Below, in pieces: positions 13,284 through 28,318 of a stretch of DNA of 64,000 nucleotides. Below the pieces are notes generated by a model, which worked only from the letters and a program-made list of their open reading frames with translations, was not told the DNA's origin and made no database searches. Origin of the DNA: Strigamia acuminata (taxonomy: Eukaryota); the NCBI GenBank assembly GCA_949358305.1, contig OX442314.1:18910001-18974000 (forward strand), given 5' to 3'. The position numbers were made by a program, and so were the translations under genes. Position 1 is the first letter of the stretch; every line of letters begins with the position of its first letter.

Positions 13284-16200
13284 TCACTTCTTTCTCCGGA
13301 AACAAGAAACTGCATTAAAGTAACATCTCCAATAAACCCTTCCACCAGGTCGTCTCCGTTGTAGTTCCATTCCTGAAACTTGTTGCGTTTCCTGTTTAAA
13401 AGCCTTTTGAAGAGCGGTCACAAGACGGTCCAGCAACATCGTTGAGCGTTTCGCTGGATGTTGAAAGTAATTTGAATCTGACGACTGTGAATAAAAAATG
13501 ATGAAATTGTGTAATTGTACGAGTAATTTTAAAATACGACGGTTTATTTGCACAATAAATTGAGGTTGCGAAATAGAAAATTGGCTTTGCATGATATTGG
13601 ATTGCGTTGATTTAAAAACAAAATGAAATACAAACGTCTTTTTCGATATTTTAAACGTGCTAATGTGGCGGAAAATTGCTCGCAAAACACTAGAAGTGGA
13701 TTTCACAACCAAGTAAAGAGCCGAGATGTTATTAGAGTGTAAGATTACAATTTTATCTTGTGACATTGCAAAATTTTAAAATTGCCATACAAACAGGAAG
13801 ACATTAGGGAAGTAAGAAACGAGAGATATACCATGTAAACAGAAAACATTGAATTTAAATATTTAAAATAAATTTTCACATGTCACGCAATACCTGTGAT
13901 TAAACAGATGTGTCGATATTACAAATTCGTCAAAAGTTAAAGCCCAACACCTCCTGCTGAGATCAATAAAACAACTTTTAAGTGAAACCCAACTCGTGGA
14001 CTACGACTATAATGACGTCCCAGCAGGTCTTCAAAAAATGAGACTACCTGCTGACAAGTAAACAACACTGTTGGATGTTAAACTTAATGTTTTTTCTTGC
14101 AAATAGTAGTTTAATGGTGCCACTCTGTAATCTAATTGCAAAATCTTGTATGGATGAAAATAATGCCTTTTAATATATTACCGTATCTTTTATATTATTT
14201 TTGAAATATTACCAGAAAAAGAAAAAAATTAAAAATGGAGTCTTGACGCATTACAATTTTTTTGCTTATGTCTGTGGAGGAGGTTAATACAGTAGATCAT
14301 ATTATCATATTTTTCTGTCATTCAGATAGGTTTCATTCATGATGAAATACAGAGTAGGTGTATGTGTGATCAGGAAATAAGACTGATGCATGAGATAACA
14401 AGACTGGTGTCATTTTAGGATATTTACTCGTTACCGTGGTGTGTGATCGGTGAGAGTGGCAATGAAAGATGTGTTGTGCTACCACTAATGATGATAATAA
14501 CAGAAAACTGAAGCCAAAAAGGATGATAATTTGTGAGTAAAAATATTATGTTTAGATTATAATGTGTAGGATTAACTTTGTTTATAAATGAGAATTTTAA
14601 TGTAGAGTTTTACCCAAATGATAAATATTAGTGGAGATTTCTGTAAAGAAGACAAATAGAATTCATTTCCCCCCGAAAAAGAAATAATTATTTTTCTCTC
14701 AGATATTAATAGCTCTACCAATGCAACCAACACCATAAGTTTCGCTAACATATATAAAGTTTGTTTGTTTAATCACTCACGTAGCGACTTTAATCACTTA
14801 ATATAGTGCCAGATCATCCATTAGACGAAGTAGGCATAGTATACACGTCTCCAAAGGTTCAGGGGCCCGAGCTAAAGTACTATCCTTTTTTTTTAAAAAA
14901 AAAACAAAACAAAAAAACATTACTTTGTAAAAAATTAATTTTTTTCACCCAAACGGGGAAAACTTTGCTTAAAAAGTAATTTTTCTACATGAAATATTGA
15001 AATTTTTGCTGAAAGTAGCATTTAATTCTTAAAACTGACAGTGAGTGAAAATTGTGCGCTATTACTATATCTTAACTTGTCTAATTGCATAGATGTTAGT
15101 GATGTTGAAGTTCGTTCATTAATTGGTGTGACACTAGACGTTTGGATGTCTCCGATATCACTGCTTGGATGACCTTTTTCCGAATTTAGCATTGTGTATA
15201 GACAGGTTATTACGTCAGAATTTGATATCTTTGTTGTCCTGCAACAATTATCTGGTCTAAGGTTGTTCACTATGAAAGTCAATGTTCTTTCCACGTGTCC
15301 ACAAACTACAGAAATTAGAATTTTAGTTGCATTTCCCTTTTCCAATAATGAAAATAAACAAGATGCATCTTTTAAAAACCTACGTAAAATATACTAGTAA
15401 CTTCTACATCTTACTCCAAGAGTATCCATCATTCCTTCAAAATTATAATTTTATTCATTTTGTGGTATTTTGTATGATTCAGAAATTTAAGCATTGGAAT
15501 ATGACCCACTTGTCATTTTGTGACCCACTTGCCATTTTTTGACCCCTTAATCCTTGTAACCCTTTTTTGATACGAGTGTGAGTTGTAACCACCCCCTTTT
15601 TATGACGTCATTGGCTGTTTTGGCGAATGATATCAGTTGTATTGTTTTAACTGTTTCTTTGTTTTAACATCACGAATAAAGTTAGTGTAATTTTTGCAAC
15701 CATCGATCGTGTGTGCGCGTGAGTTTTTTATTTTATTAAGATAGAATGCTTAATGAACACTTCTATTGATGAAATAATACCGTACATTTACATATTGTAT
15801 GATAACCGAAATTTTCATATGAAAATAAAATAATTTCGGAAATAAAAAAAGATTTCTATTTGTTGCGGTTATACATTGCGACATATTCTATATTCGGTAA
15901 GTAGTTCTTTTTCTGGTTATCATTTGACATTGCACATTTGCACTGGGGATTTGGTTAACAGGTGGAATCCTGTTGCGCAAAGTAATAGATGTCAAAACTT
16001 GATTTGTGCCTGACTTGGGGCTACGTAATGAAAGTGACTATATAAATATTTGCTGAGTAAACCAAATTGAACAGCAGAGCAAGCAGAGATTTACACTATT
16101 TTAAAATGTTGCAAATTACTACACCTAAAAATAGTTTTACAAAAATTTTTCCCAATATATCTATCGAGCAATTTGCAACAAGAGACCACACACAATACAA

Positions 16201-16450
16201 CAAAAAAATAAACGTTTAAAATCACGCTCCAGTAGGAAAAAAAATTTAGAAACTTAAATATCAGAAAAGAAAAATAATTTTTTATAGAATAAAAAGAAAA
16301 ATTTGTATTTACGAATCAGTAAAATATTGTAAAACTTACCGATAATTGGTGAGTCGTGGGCACGTTTTTTAAACTATTCGTTTCAATTTGACAGCTCACA
16401 GTAGGTAAAGTCAGAATGCAAACGCATAACACCAGAATGAATGAATACAT
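13284..16450 (-). CDS. AstCC: Allatostatin CC (double C) precursor, about 103 aa
   Basis: Exon 16340-16450 (MYSFILVLCVCILTLPTVSC...HQLS|gtaagt) splices in phase 0 to 13284-13484, which encodes KRSTMLLDRLVTALQKA...LQRRRPGGRVYWRCYFNAVSCFRRKK, the AstCC signature. Confidence 0.93.
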
Positions 16451-16541
16451 TTGTGATGACAAACTCGGGAAACTATCCAAGTCTTGATAAGAGGTGAAAC
16501 GTGCAGTGCAACAAGTGTGATGTTGTGGTTGCTGCAGTCTC

Positions 16542-16587
16542 GACTGAGGTACGGGAAGTCGAGAAGTGTGGTTGATCAATAAATATA
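16542..16587 (-). promoter_or_regulatory. Candidate AstCC core promoter
   Basis: On the minus strand, TATATTTA (16587-16580) is followed by an Inr-like TCAGTC (16547-16542), about 90 nt upstream of the ATG. The spacing is longer than canonical. Confidence 0.35.
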
Positions 16588-18516
16588 AACTACAGTCATG
16601 TTTGTAGGGGTTCCCATACCCCCACACAGGTTGACGTAGGTATGCACTTGGAAAATACTCAGGGGGCAGTTTTCTCACTTCTAGTGAGAGTGGGTGGGTG
16701 GATGGAGTAGATGAAAGTGCGGAGTACGCGGGTGACTTAATGGTCGCATGGCCACCGTTGGAACCAATGAGGAATGTATACAGGTGATCCCATGTGGTGT
16801 CGAGATGATCAGTCTGTTGGCCAATAAGGATAGCACATTAGTAAATCGACATTTTTGAGATTCAAGCAATCTTCAAACTTTATAAGTACCGTAGCTTAAT
16901 ACGTTTTTAGAATATATGTTCTTATTGAGTGGTCATTATTTGATACATTTTTTCGTAATGAATGAATAAGTATACCTTGTTGATACACAAGTTTAAGCGT
17001 CACAGACCACTTCAACACTATCCCTGTTATAGCGAATTCACTCAAAGTTGTGTGTGAAAGTTGGGACCCAATTTGGAGATTTTTAAAATGTTATTTACAT
17101 TTTGTAGAAAATCTTCTAAAACACTTGTGGTTTTTTGCAAATGGTACATTTCGTTTCTAGTGTTTGTGTTTTATTTGTGTTTTATAAAGCCATAAATGCC
17201 AATTCTGGTGTTACAGAAAGTGTCATCACAAAAACAAAATCCAACAAAATGCAAACATCTAAAATCTTTAAAATTCTATTGATTCTGTCTGGGTTCTACT
17301 GGGTTTATCTGCGTTCATCCTGTGACAGATGTTATAAAAGGGCTAGAAAATTACCACCAGGTGTCACGTTTGACTTCTGTGGCGCCAATTTAAAAAATCA
17401 AAGATTAGATGCTCTTGCATGCCACATCATTAACACACGAGCTAAGAATTCGATTGGAAAAAATTCATACAAAAAATAAACATTTATACAAAACATATTT
17501 TAATGTATTCTAGTTTAAAATATAACATTACCGGTAATAATAATTCATTTCCAAGTCAACATATTTAGTCAACATTTTAACCAAAATACTGTGACGGTAT
17601 GATCTTACTTGTTAGCCTGGGGACTGGATACCATTGGGTGGGACACATAACTTGCTCACGTAAAACAAGACAAGGGGTTCCAGATTGTTGGGTTGTTGGC
17701 CTTTATTAATCGTTGTCAGGGATTGGAGTCTACCATCTACCCATATGGGAATCATAAATTTAATAAAAAATATGCTGAATTTATAATATACTGGTATATC
17801 ATATAATTTTAATTACTAGTATATGATATACCGGTATTATAAAATTACATTTTTTGAGACAGGTGTTTGTATTCTCAACAAAATGACATATTTATTGTAC
17901 TGTATGGTACGTGATATTACTTGTGACAATATAAAAAAAAAAGTGCACAATGTGCGACATTTAAAAAACGAATTAATTTAATTTTATACTTGGCAACAAG
18001 TTGGCTGCTTCTTATCGGAGAGAAAAATACAGGGAAACTACAGAAAAGGACAAAATAATTACATAAGTCGTGAGTTTTTGTTTATCGATTGTTTACTTTG
18101 AAAAAGTGCTACTTGTTTGTCTACTTTATTGTTTGTATTTTAGACTACAATTTTTGTCATTAGATGGCAGTAGTTGCATGAAACCAGTTGAATCTGTAAG
18201 TAATCAATGGTGTTCTCATAAATTCCTCTCGAGATGTAAAATTAACAAAAACCAAAATAATTTCTGGTAAATGAGTAAAAATTCTTCTTCGTTCAGCGGA
18301 AATAGTTTTATTGAAGGACGAATTATTCTTTTCACAAACATCAGCCTGTTATTCATAATTGAATATCTATTCTATAGAAATACGGAGTATTTTTTTATTC
18401 CATTTATTAGAAAGCAAGAAAATCGAGAGGATAACGCATATCAAACTACAAATCATAAGATATTTGAGAACTGTTGGGTAATTGGTGAATTACGTGTGCA
18501 TTACTCTTTTTCTTGT

Positions 18517-20150
18517 TGTCACGGCGACCAAGTCGTCATTGTAAAGGCGTACATGTTTTATGTATTCTTGCATGAGAATTCCTCTCTTCGCCATATTGCC
18601 TTTAAATGCAAAGTAAATACGGAATATATTTTTTCTCGTTGATGAAGACGCCTTTCTTTCAACTCCTCTCACAAGTGGTAGCAGAGCCAGGTTGCTGAAA
18701 ATGCAGTCCACGGTCGGTTGAAATATTTTTCGCGGACCGTGCGAGGAGTACATTTTCGAGAAGAGAACTTTGCATTACGACACACACTTATTACACGATG
18801 GCCGATGCATTATCTGCGGGCTCCTTGAATAGGATCGAGCTTTTAAACGTCCATAATTACTTTGTACGGCTTGTCCATCATAATTGCACTGCTTCTACTT
18901 TGTATTGCTATACAAAGTAGAAGCAGTGCAATTACGGCGGACAAGCCGGAGAATCCGGTTCCAGGCGCGACCGATCACGGTGTTAAGGATGACGCCTACA
19001 AAGAATGGGCGAAGAATAATAATGAGGCAATGGGAATAATAATGCTGACCATATCTGACGGGGAAGCAACGAGCTGTTTAGACATGAAAAACGCCAAGAC
19101 AATCTGGGAAATGCTAAAGGCTAAAGAACTCGGAAACTTATGTATGCTCCCGGAGGAGACTGTAGATCGCTATGTGAATCGAACACAGTCCAGGAGAAGT
19201 GGGACGTGAAATTCCTGATCTCAGAAAACACTGGAGCTTGTTCATGCAGGCTTAATAGGACATTTCCAAACACTGTCTTTGTCAGGATCCATGTACGTGA
19301 TGGTCTTGACAAATGACTTTTCGAGGAAGAAATTTGCGCATTTCTTAAGAGAGAAGTCGCAGAGTCTCGGCTTCTTCGAGAATTTCAAAGCTCTGACAGA
19401 AAAACAGACGGGAAACACATTGTGCAGACTACGAACGAATAACAGCGGGAAATTTACAAGTAACGATTTTCTCGAGTATTGCGAAGATCACAGGATCAAG
19501 CATGAATTGACTGTCCCGTTCATTCCGTCAAGTAACGGAATTGCTGAGCGTTCAAACCGCACAGTCATCGAGGCAACAAGAATGCTTCTAATAGACTCGA
19601 GAATGCTTTTGCGCTTTTGGGCAGAAGCTTTGGCGACAGTGGTTTTTGTAAAAAACCTGTGTAATAATGAAGCTTAACAAAAACGTGGTTCTCCGTGTTT
19701 TTGGTCGTGCAGCTTGGTTGCACGTGCCAAATGAGCACCGGCGAAAGCTTGACAGTAAGGCCCAACATGGTACTCCATATTTCTTTTGGGTATTCCATCA
19801 CTCGGAAGGCACATTGGATTTTTCTTCCGGAAGTCAACGATGTGGTCGAGGGCAGATCAATTGTTTTTGACGAAGGGACCCGCAGAGCTGAATCTTTTGG
19901 TTTAAATCGGGGCGACATTGAAGAACAATGTTTTGTGCAACACATGAGACAGACATTTTTCTGGAAGAGCCGATAGCCGAAGAATTAGTTAATCATCCTC
20001 CTGACGAAGCGGAAGTGTATGACGAAGAGTCGGCACGCGCTGCAGAGCAACCAAAGGAGGCAACGGCTGAGGCAGTGAGTTTGTGTCACGAGGCAGAAAA
20101 ACAGCAGCGTGAGCAGCAGTTGATCGCCTCAGGCATGCCACGTTCAAAAC
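18517..20150 (+). mobile_element. Degenerate, internally deleted Ty1/copia retrotransposon
   Basis: PBS-like TGGTAGCAGAGC at 18676-18687, gag start MADALSAGSLNRIELLNVHNY, integrase core (DFSRK...LRTNNSGKF...SNGIAERSNRT...FWAEA) and RKLDSKA segment, with several frameshifts. Boundaries approximate. Confidence 0.85.
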
Positions 20151-21138
20151 AACTGGCAGATTATTCTGAGGGATGGACTAATCGTCAGCCGGCAGCCGTC
20201 AGCCGTCAGCCCCCTATTTCCCAAAACCCCCAAAGCCTCCCAAACTCGGCTGCCGGCAGCCTTGGGTTGTCAGCACCCCCCAAACTCTGACTAAGATCAG
20301 TTGGATAGTACTAATGTTATGATTCTCTACAACTTTGTAATTGGAAATTTTGCTCTATCTCAACCAGCTAACGAGTTAGCAAATGAAAAGTGCATTGTTG
20401 CATGTCTGGCATGAAATTTGATTACACCATTGGATTCGTCATCCCTACTTTGCTATAGGATAGTCTGCTTGTTTTTTTAAAAAAGCATGTACTTATTCTG
20501 GAAATTGACTGGGCATCTTAAACGAAACACCCTGTATAAACTTCACAGATAATTAGTATATTTTAATTAAAGTTAATTTAACACTTCCACATGTTTAATT
20601 TAAAAATGCCTCTACATGGCAGCCATCCCTAAACAGACCGCGTGTCACGGCGACCATTGGCCACATGACACACATGGCCGGTATTGCTGTTTCTGCCATG
20701 CCGTCGTAACGTTCATGAAGAACGTACGACGGACGCGGCCAACGCGGACGCTCAAGTTCTGGCAGTAGATCATTTGGGTCGTCAGAGCAGCCAGTTTGGA
20801 GAGATGGTCGGAATGCGACCGTTTGCCTTGCTGGTCGCTAGAAGAACTCTCTGGGCACTATGGTGCCCACCACTTTCAGAAGGGCCCTATTCGTTACATC
20901 TAGGGCCCACAGCTCCACCTGGTTGTGGGGGCTCGCAACAGGCGCACGAGAAGTGCGAGAGCTGCACCAAGTGCATTGCGCTGCAGTTAAGTGATCAGCG
21001 CGCAGGGGAAGCTGGTCACAACATGACTAGGCAACAACACACAACTTATTATAAACAAAATAAACTAGTTGACTTCAAAATCCATCAGTGTCAGTTATTA
21101 TTTGACTCCTCCATTGGACTCAAGCCAATGAAACAATT

Positions 21139-21323
21139 ACAAATGTTGAGTTCAATTGAATCGAAATTTTGTACACATGTTGATTTGAATTGAAGCGGAA
21201 TTTTAGACACATGTTGAGTTGAATTGAAGCGGAATTTTACACAAATGTTGAGTTGAATTGAAGCGGAATTTTACACAAATGTTGAGTTGAATTAAAGCAA
21301 ATTTTATACAAATGTTGAGTTGA
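21139..21323. repeat. Minisatellite, 34-bp unit, about 5.5 copies
   Basis: Unit acaaatgttgagttgaattgaagcggaattttac. Confidence 0.85.
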
Positions 21324-21936
21324 AGTACAGCAAACACCATGCATCTGCTGTTGAATAACCGCGCATAACCACTTTGCATACTTGAACAAGCGCAGTTAAG
21401 AATCGCAACCCCAATAATTCTCAGTGTCTTACAACTGACATACAACATTATAAGATACAAGTTTATAGAAAATAATGATGACAATAGAAATAGTAGCAGT
21501 ACTAAGTTAATAATAAAATTTTATATGTTGCTAAATTAATTACTACACCATACACGCTATCGATCATGGCTACCGCAACCTTTTGATCCCTCAACGTGAT
21601 CAATTATCAATGTATTTACGGGTGATGTACAAGCAATATAAAGCAATGCAATTTTGATAGACTTTGTAAATGAAAAAAAATCAAATATGAAAACTGAAGA
21701 AAATTTTATCTTCATGAAAACAGATTCCTCAAACTTACTGGTATCTTACTATTTTTTTAAAAATATTTTAATAATTCAGATCTGTCAATCTACAGGACTT
21801 TATTAGCTTCGCCGACCCTATATTAACCTTACGCACAGCTAACAATGTCAGACGATAACATGATTCAATTTCTACACACAGTGATGTCATAAAACCATGT
21901 GACCAGTGATAGGCATTTCATTGAATTCTGGGTACA

Positions 21937-21991
21937 TATAAGACTCAGCTCGTGCTGTCGCTTTAGAGTTGTGTGCTCACTTGTGCTAAAG
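21937..21991 (+). promoter_or_regulatory. Candidate AstCCC TATA box and short non-coding first exon
   Basis: TATAAG at 21937-21942 and a strong AAG|gtaagt donor after 21991. The matching acceptor ttctctttgcag ends at 24052, 35 nt before the ATG. Confidence 0.55.
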
Positions 21992-24087
21992 GTAAGTAAT
22001 ATTCGTTTGTCTGTCTGTCGTCTGTATCTGGTTGAACAATTTATCTTTTTTTTTCGTCTTTTCCATCTTGTATTACACTAAAAAATGTTTTGGAACAATT
22101 GAATGGTATTTTTCCTTTTCTATATGATTACATATTTTTTTGGGAATGTTTATAGAAATAACAATTTCTATTTAGAACGTAAATTATACAAAAAAAATGT
22201 ATAAATGTTTCTAGAGTTTTAAAATGGTTATAGCAATAGTTTTCTAACTTTAATATGATGAAAACGCATCTTCATCACGAGAGATGGTGATACTTAAGGG
22301 ATATCCATCAACAGTTGATCATTGAAAATTCATGAAAAGATGTAGGGAGAGGGGCGATTTATTATCTCATTTACAAATTTATTACTTTTACCGCTTTTCA
22401 AATATCTCATGTTTATTACAGTCAATTAGAAGCATGCAATAATAACAACAATGCTCAGTAAAAAGAACAAAATGAAGTGTAACACGCTGTAATTAGCATT
22501 TAATTTTCATCTGATTAACACTAACCAACTCCTGATTTACGTACTTCCCAACACTACATTTGACCAGTATAGTGTAATAAAGTTGCCACTAATTAACAAG
22601 AATTGTACAAATAAATAATTTCTGCTATTCAATAACAAAGTACAGATTGCAAGAACAACTCCACCAAAATTAGTGTCAAGTCTCGATCCGCAGCATGTTC
22701 TAATTAGCAATGGTGTACCTACCAAACGTTTGACTATTGATCAATGATCAAAGGAGGATTAAAGTAAAGATCTCAACGTTTGTTTAATGAGCTGTTAGGC
22801 GAAACAGATTTCACGTAAATAAAAGTAAATTAAGAGTAACGAATAGAGTTGCGTGTATGAAAAAGCATGTAGGAGAAGCGACACGTGTAGACTATTCGCA
22901 CTGAGGTAGAAAGTCTTTGATATGCAATTTCAGAAAGCGAAATTAGACTACATAGAAAAAGTAATTATCTCAAATTCTTTAGTTTATCACGACAAATTGA
23001 TAATAAATTTTCGATGTTTTTTTTTCTTTTCATTTTCCCACTTAAGGTTTTTCAGAGCATTTAAAATCCTTTTCCACAGCACCGTAAACGGAGCATTTCG
23101 TAGTTTTATTTACTATTTTCGACGCAGTGAATGTTTTACAATGCAAAACAGTCTCTTAAAGTTTTCTCGTCTTTAAACGTACTGTATAAGTAAATGTTTA
23201 ATTAAAAAATTAAAGCAATTAATTTAGATCTTTATTCATATTTTATATAAATTGCTTAACACAATCACTTTCAAAGAGTAAATGAAATGATTTAATTTTG
23301 TGATTTTTTGTTTACAAATAGTTTTTACAGAGTTTTTAATTTTTTTTATTATTAATCAGATTTATCTCTTTCAACAAAGAATTAATCCTCTTAAGATCTT
23401 TGTCAATTCATGTCACAAAACTCTGGGAAAATACGTAAATTGAGTTTGTCATTCTTTCCCCAAGTGTAAAAACGACATTGATTGGCAATGGCATCCATCC
23501 AACTGGAAAACATTTTCGATTCAATGTGAAAACATATTTTAAAATAGGATAGTATAAACGTCAGAAATTTTCCTGTTTTTTATTAAAAATTCAGAGAGTA
23601 ATAGAACAAATTTAAAAACAAATTAATTTTGACGATAACTAAAAATCACGACATATTTTCATACTCAAAACTCAAAAATTTTAGGTAACCATCATATGTT
23701 TATTAGATTGCATTTGAATTAAATGAAGTGAAACATTTAAATACTGACCCTGTGGGCTTGGGCATGTTGTGCGTTAGGTATGATTGCAATTGGTTTGGTT
23801 TGGTTGCAGTTGTGACTGAATTAAAATTGAAGCAATTGGAAAAGTAGAAGTGGCAAGATTGCTTAATGAACTTCGGCCCATTTGGAATTAGCTACTTCTA
23901 CTTTAACTAGCTAGCGGAGAAGAAAGGTTTTCAAAAGATAAAAAAAAAGAGTAAATGAGAAAAATTAAGTTTTGCTTCATTTTAGAGGAAACTCTTGTTC
24001 GTAAACATGTGAAATTTAAAATGTATTTAACTTCATTTATTTCTCTTTGCAGTTACACGCATTTTCATTCAAATAGACCAAATCAAA

Positions 24088-26788
24088 ATGGCGTATTCTG
24101 GCAAATTCTACATACTGATTTTCGCAATGATTTTAACTTTATCTCAAGTTACTTCAAAAAGTATCGGAGAACACGAACATCCCAACTTTAATACTGATTT
24201 ATCGGTGAGTGCTTTGCTTATATTTGGCAACCGGTTAAACAAATCGGTTACGTATTAAAATATTTTTAAGCTTATCTAACATTTATTAAATAAATAATAG
24301 TTGAGTCAAAAGAGATTATGAACGAATAAAAATTCAAATACTAAATAATTCTTTAAATTAAATATAAATTGGTAGGAGATTTACTATATGCTTAGCTTGG
24401 AAACAAGAACTAGATAATAACTTGGAAAAACTTTTTCTCTTAATTTTCATTTTTTAATGCCACAACTTTTTAATCAAGGCTGTAATTAAAATTTACATGT
24501 AACACCTGCATTTGTCTATACAGCGAATCCAGTCGCTTTTTCATTACAAATTCCATGCTAAATTATCGTTAGAATAAGAAATTACGGTAATGTTGGCATT
24601 TAAAAGTTAATTTTTTGGAAACGATTGCTCTATTAAAGCAGAAGTGAAAAATCCAAAATCTTTTGTGCAGTGCTCACTGGAATTGATTTAAAATTGAAGT
24701 TTGATTAAATGGCTAGTTGGCAACTGCGTAATACCATACTACAAGCTTTGTGATAATACTTGCTGGGGTACATTAAGAAAACATAGATTTGAAGTTCAAT
24801 TTTGAGTTTAAAAAAATAAGAATTTATATACCGGTATCAATGATCTGTTATTTTATTTGTATTACCGAAGGCAATATGTGGTTGGTGTGTTTTTATAACT
24901 ATTCATGGAATTTTACCAAGAAAACAAAATGGAGAAAAACAAATCCGAGAATTTGAGCTTCAGCAAGCAATCAGCAAAATTATTTACTTAGTGGAAATCA
25001 GCATTTAGCATGGTTACTCTCGGGATATCTTCAAACATTTTGTGATTTTTTTAATTAGTTTCAATTTTGTAGATAAGTTTTCTCTATTTTATTACGATAA
25101 AATCCCTTTTTCTTTCCAAAAACTATATTTTCAACTTAATTGACTGTTATCTCACTCTCACTTTACTTTTTAGTAATTTGAAAAGTGTATGATAAAGAAA
25201 TTGTCGTTTCCGTGAAGTTAATTCACATCAAAATATGGTTGCAGTTTTGTATATTGTGTTTTATAAAAACAACAGCAACGACAGTAATAATAAATATATA
25301 TATTTTTTAACCTAAAGTTTAATTTTTTTTACAAATTGAAAACTTGTTTTTATCATGTTAAAAAAGTAAAGAATTTCATATAAGTTTTTGAAAGTTATTT
25401 TTTCCCATTTGATAAATATCATCCTCTGTTTTTGATTACCGGTACGACTAACGGACAGATTTTTTCTCCCTTATTGGTTACTGACACCATTTCATTTCAG
25501 ATATTGCAGTTTAGTAACATCTGCTTTTGGTATGAGCTGGCTAACAAAAACTTCTTAGCGCTATCTACACTTGAAAATTCAATATGTTTTGTCTTCTGGT
25601 GTAGATATTGTCTGCTTCTTTTAATATTTATTTTTTATTAAAAAAAAAAAAAAACATTTTTGGCAATCTTTGCTGCTTTAAGCTATGAAACGTACATCAA
25701 AATCAAAATAGTTTCATCCAAACTTTTAATCCCTTTCAAAAGGTTTTTGTTTTTATATACAGAATTCAAAATTGCTATTTAGAAAGCCCGAATCTGTTGA
25801 TCACATTGGCAAACACTGCTCTCGATATTTCACTTTCGTTAAATACTATTTCACGACTCATCAAATAAGAGCATTGAAAAAAGGTCTCAAGACTACCATA
25901 AGACATATCGTATGCTTTTATGATACATTAGCAAAGATTAAACTGATCTGCCCTGCAGTTTATTTATCCTGAATACATGAATAAAGCCTAGACACACGCT
26001 TTTTTATTTGTTCAAATTTTGTTTGCTCTCCATTTCAAAGTTTTCAATTAAAAAAATGAGAATTTTAAGTACCGTCTACGAAAAATTAAATAAAAACAAG
26101 TGTAAGACGTTTTTACTTTTACACCAAAAAATAATTAAATTTTTTGTCTTCTTCTTGGGTTGGCTGACATTGTATGTAACATTTCAGTCTGATCTTTCAA
26201 TATTGGTTCTATGTTTTAAGACAATGATTACGGTTCAATGTCAAAGAACAATTTAGGAAGAAAAATCTCATTTAGAGCGGATAAGGGTAAGTTAATCAAA
26301 TGTCAAAGAATACCATGAAGCAGCAATGCTCTCAGACTAATGTCACTTTCTCATGAGTGTAATATTGCCATTGCATCTCCTTCGAGTGCTTTGGTCCAAT
26401 TTTATGAACAAGTCTCTATGCAATTAGGCAATCCAATTACTAATTAAGATTGAAAAGTTTTTAATACAAGTAAACAGCCAACTCATAAGATGAATGTTAT
26501 TTTTTTTTTATTATTATTATTTAAAAGTTAAAACTTGATGCTTATTGATTTGTACTTGTAGTGTGTTCATTTTTTAAATTAAATATAAATTTTCATCGTT
26601 ATTTGTGGTTCTTATTCCAGCTTGTTGATGATGATGGAAGTATGGATACAGCTCTCATCAACTATCTTTTTGCCCGTCAAATGATCAAGCGATTACAAAG
26701 CAGTATGGACGTGACAGACCTTCAACGGAAACGAAGTTATTGGAAGCAATGCGCATTCAATGCTGTCTCCTGCTTTGGGAAAAAGTAG
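24088..26788 (+). CDS. AstCCC: Allatostatin CCC (triple C) precursor, about 94 aa; mature peptide [19 protein letters not shown]
   Basis: Exon 24088-24204 ([23 protein letters not shown]...TDLS|gtgagt) splices in phase 0 to 26621-26788 ([25 protein letters not shown]...[20 protein letters not shown]). Confidence 0.95.
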
Positions 26789-28283
26789 TTCGTATTCAAT
26801 TGAATTTAAATAAATAAAGAAAAAAAAGTTTGAAATTTGAAATTTGAAATTTGAGATGGCAAATTCAATTTTGTTAGATGTAGTGTATTTTTAATTCCTT
26901 GACTTTATTCTGACGATTCTTTAACAGCTGTATAGCTTTACGTACAATAAACTGCAAACTGTACTATTAAGTTATTATTAAAAGTGTATAGTCTATTTCG
27001 TTGAGTGCGTTGATATCGGAAATCAAAATGTTATGACAACTTAATTAAAAAGGAAAACGTATAGTGCAATAATGTTGTGAAATTATTATATCCATTCAGT
27101 TTAAGTTGCTTTATAGTTGTGTAACTTTAAATTTGAAAGTTGTAATAAATCATTTCAAGAATAAAAGAATTTTAAAATGAAAAAATAAAAAAATAAAAAA
27201 ATAAAAAAATGGCGTTTTAATTTCTTTTACTACTGAGAAATAATAAAATCAAAACAAAGATATACAACTTTTATTTTAGTTTAATATTAAAACTTGCAAA
27301 GTTGTTAAAAAGTGAGCATTTTTGACAGACTTCTAATTACAGTTTGTGTTGCATTTGTTGCGAGTTTTATTATTTATATCTTAGCTGAACCTAAGAGCAG
27401 CATTAATGAAAACATTAAGTAGATGGGACTTAAAATAATTAATCCTTTCAGCATTTCTTTTGAATTGATGATAAAAGCGGAGAGCGAGTCTTATTAGATT
27501 CTATTCCTGTAAGGTGTACAAGCTCAGACAAGGAACTAAGAGAAGGATTCATTAAAATTACGAAGCAAGGAAAACTTGTTAGTTATATCAAAGTAATTTA
27601 GAAGTGCCACTGCATATAATCAAGAGGATAAACTCAACAGTATGATTTTGCTTTTTTGATAAGTTGAAGAGAGATTAGTGAATTAGTTTTTGTATGCAGT
27701 TTACTTGTTGTTTTCTGTGAGAATGTGCGGTGACCTAGAAATTTATTTCAATGCAAAATTTTTCTGATTATAATGGCGATCGATTGGGAAAAAAATATTA
27801 AATTTAATAAACTGATTGTCATCACCTACTTGTCTGAACAGCAGCGAAGGGAGTTGCCATAACACCAGGAAATTGAGCCCGCATGTCTACAAATGCAAAA
27901 TTTCCTGTAGATAGAAATTTTCTCACTTTGGAGCCAGTCTGAACTAAATATTTCAAACGAAAACACGGCTTGAAAAAACATCCTTGTCAAAACACCAAAT
28001 TTGCAAGCTTGTTTATAGTCAATTCTTTCAACGTCGAATAGAAGCAACACATCCAAAATGTAATTTCCATTGAACATTTATAGTATATCAACATTATGAT
28101 TTTCGTAGAAGGAAATATTGTGAACACCCACTGGGGTATTTACTTGTTTGTTTTTTATTAAGAAATATCAAACTTCAGTTTGATGATTTTTAGTTTCTGT
28201 AGATGCTTATTTGAGGAAGAAAGTGAATGATGATTGGAATACTGTCTGTCATGTTTTTTTCCTCTGTTTGCTATTGTAGATAT

Positions 28284-28318
<35 letters not shown>

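Noticed and set aside
13485..13766. N-terminal part of the 160-aa AstCC ORF, and the extension 16451..16678 of the upstream ORF
   Set aside because: The first is intron read-through past a clear acceptor. The second has no in-frame ATG and overlaps the candidate promoter.
17135..17479. 114-aa ORF with a hydrophobic start between the two Ast genes
   Set aside because: Non-ATG start, and no recognisable peptide motif or supporting splice structure.
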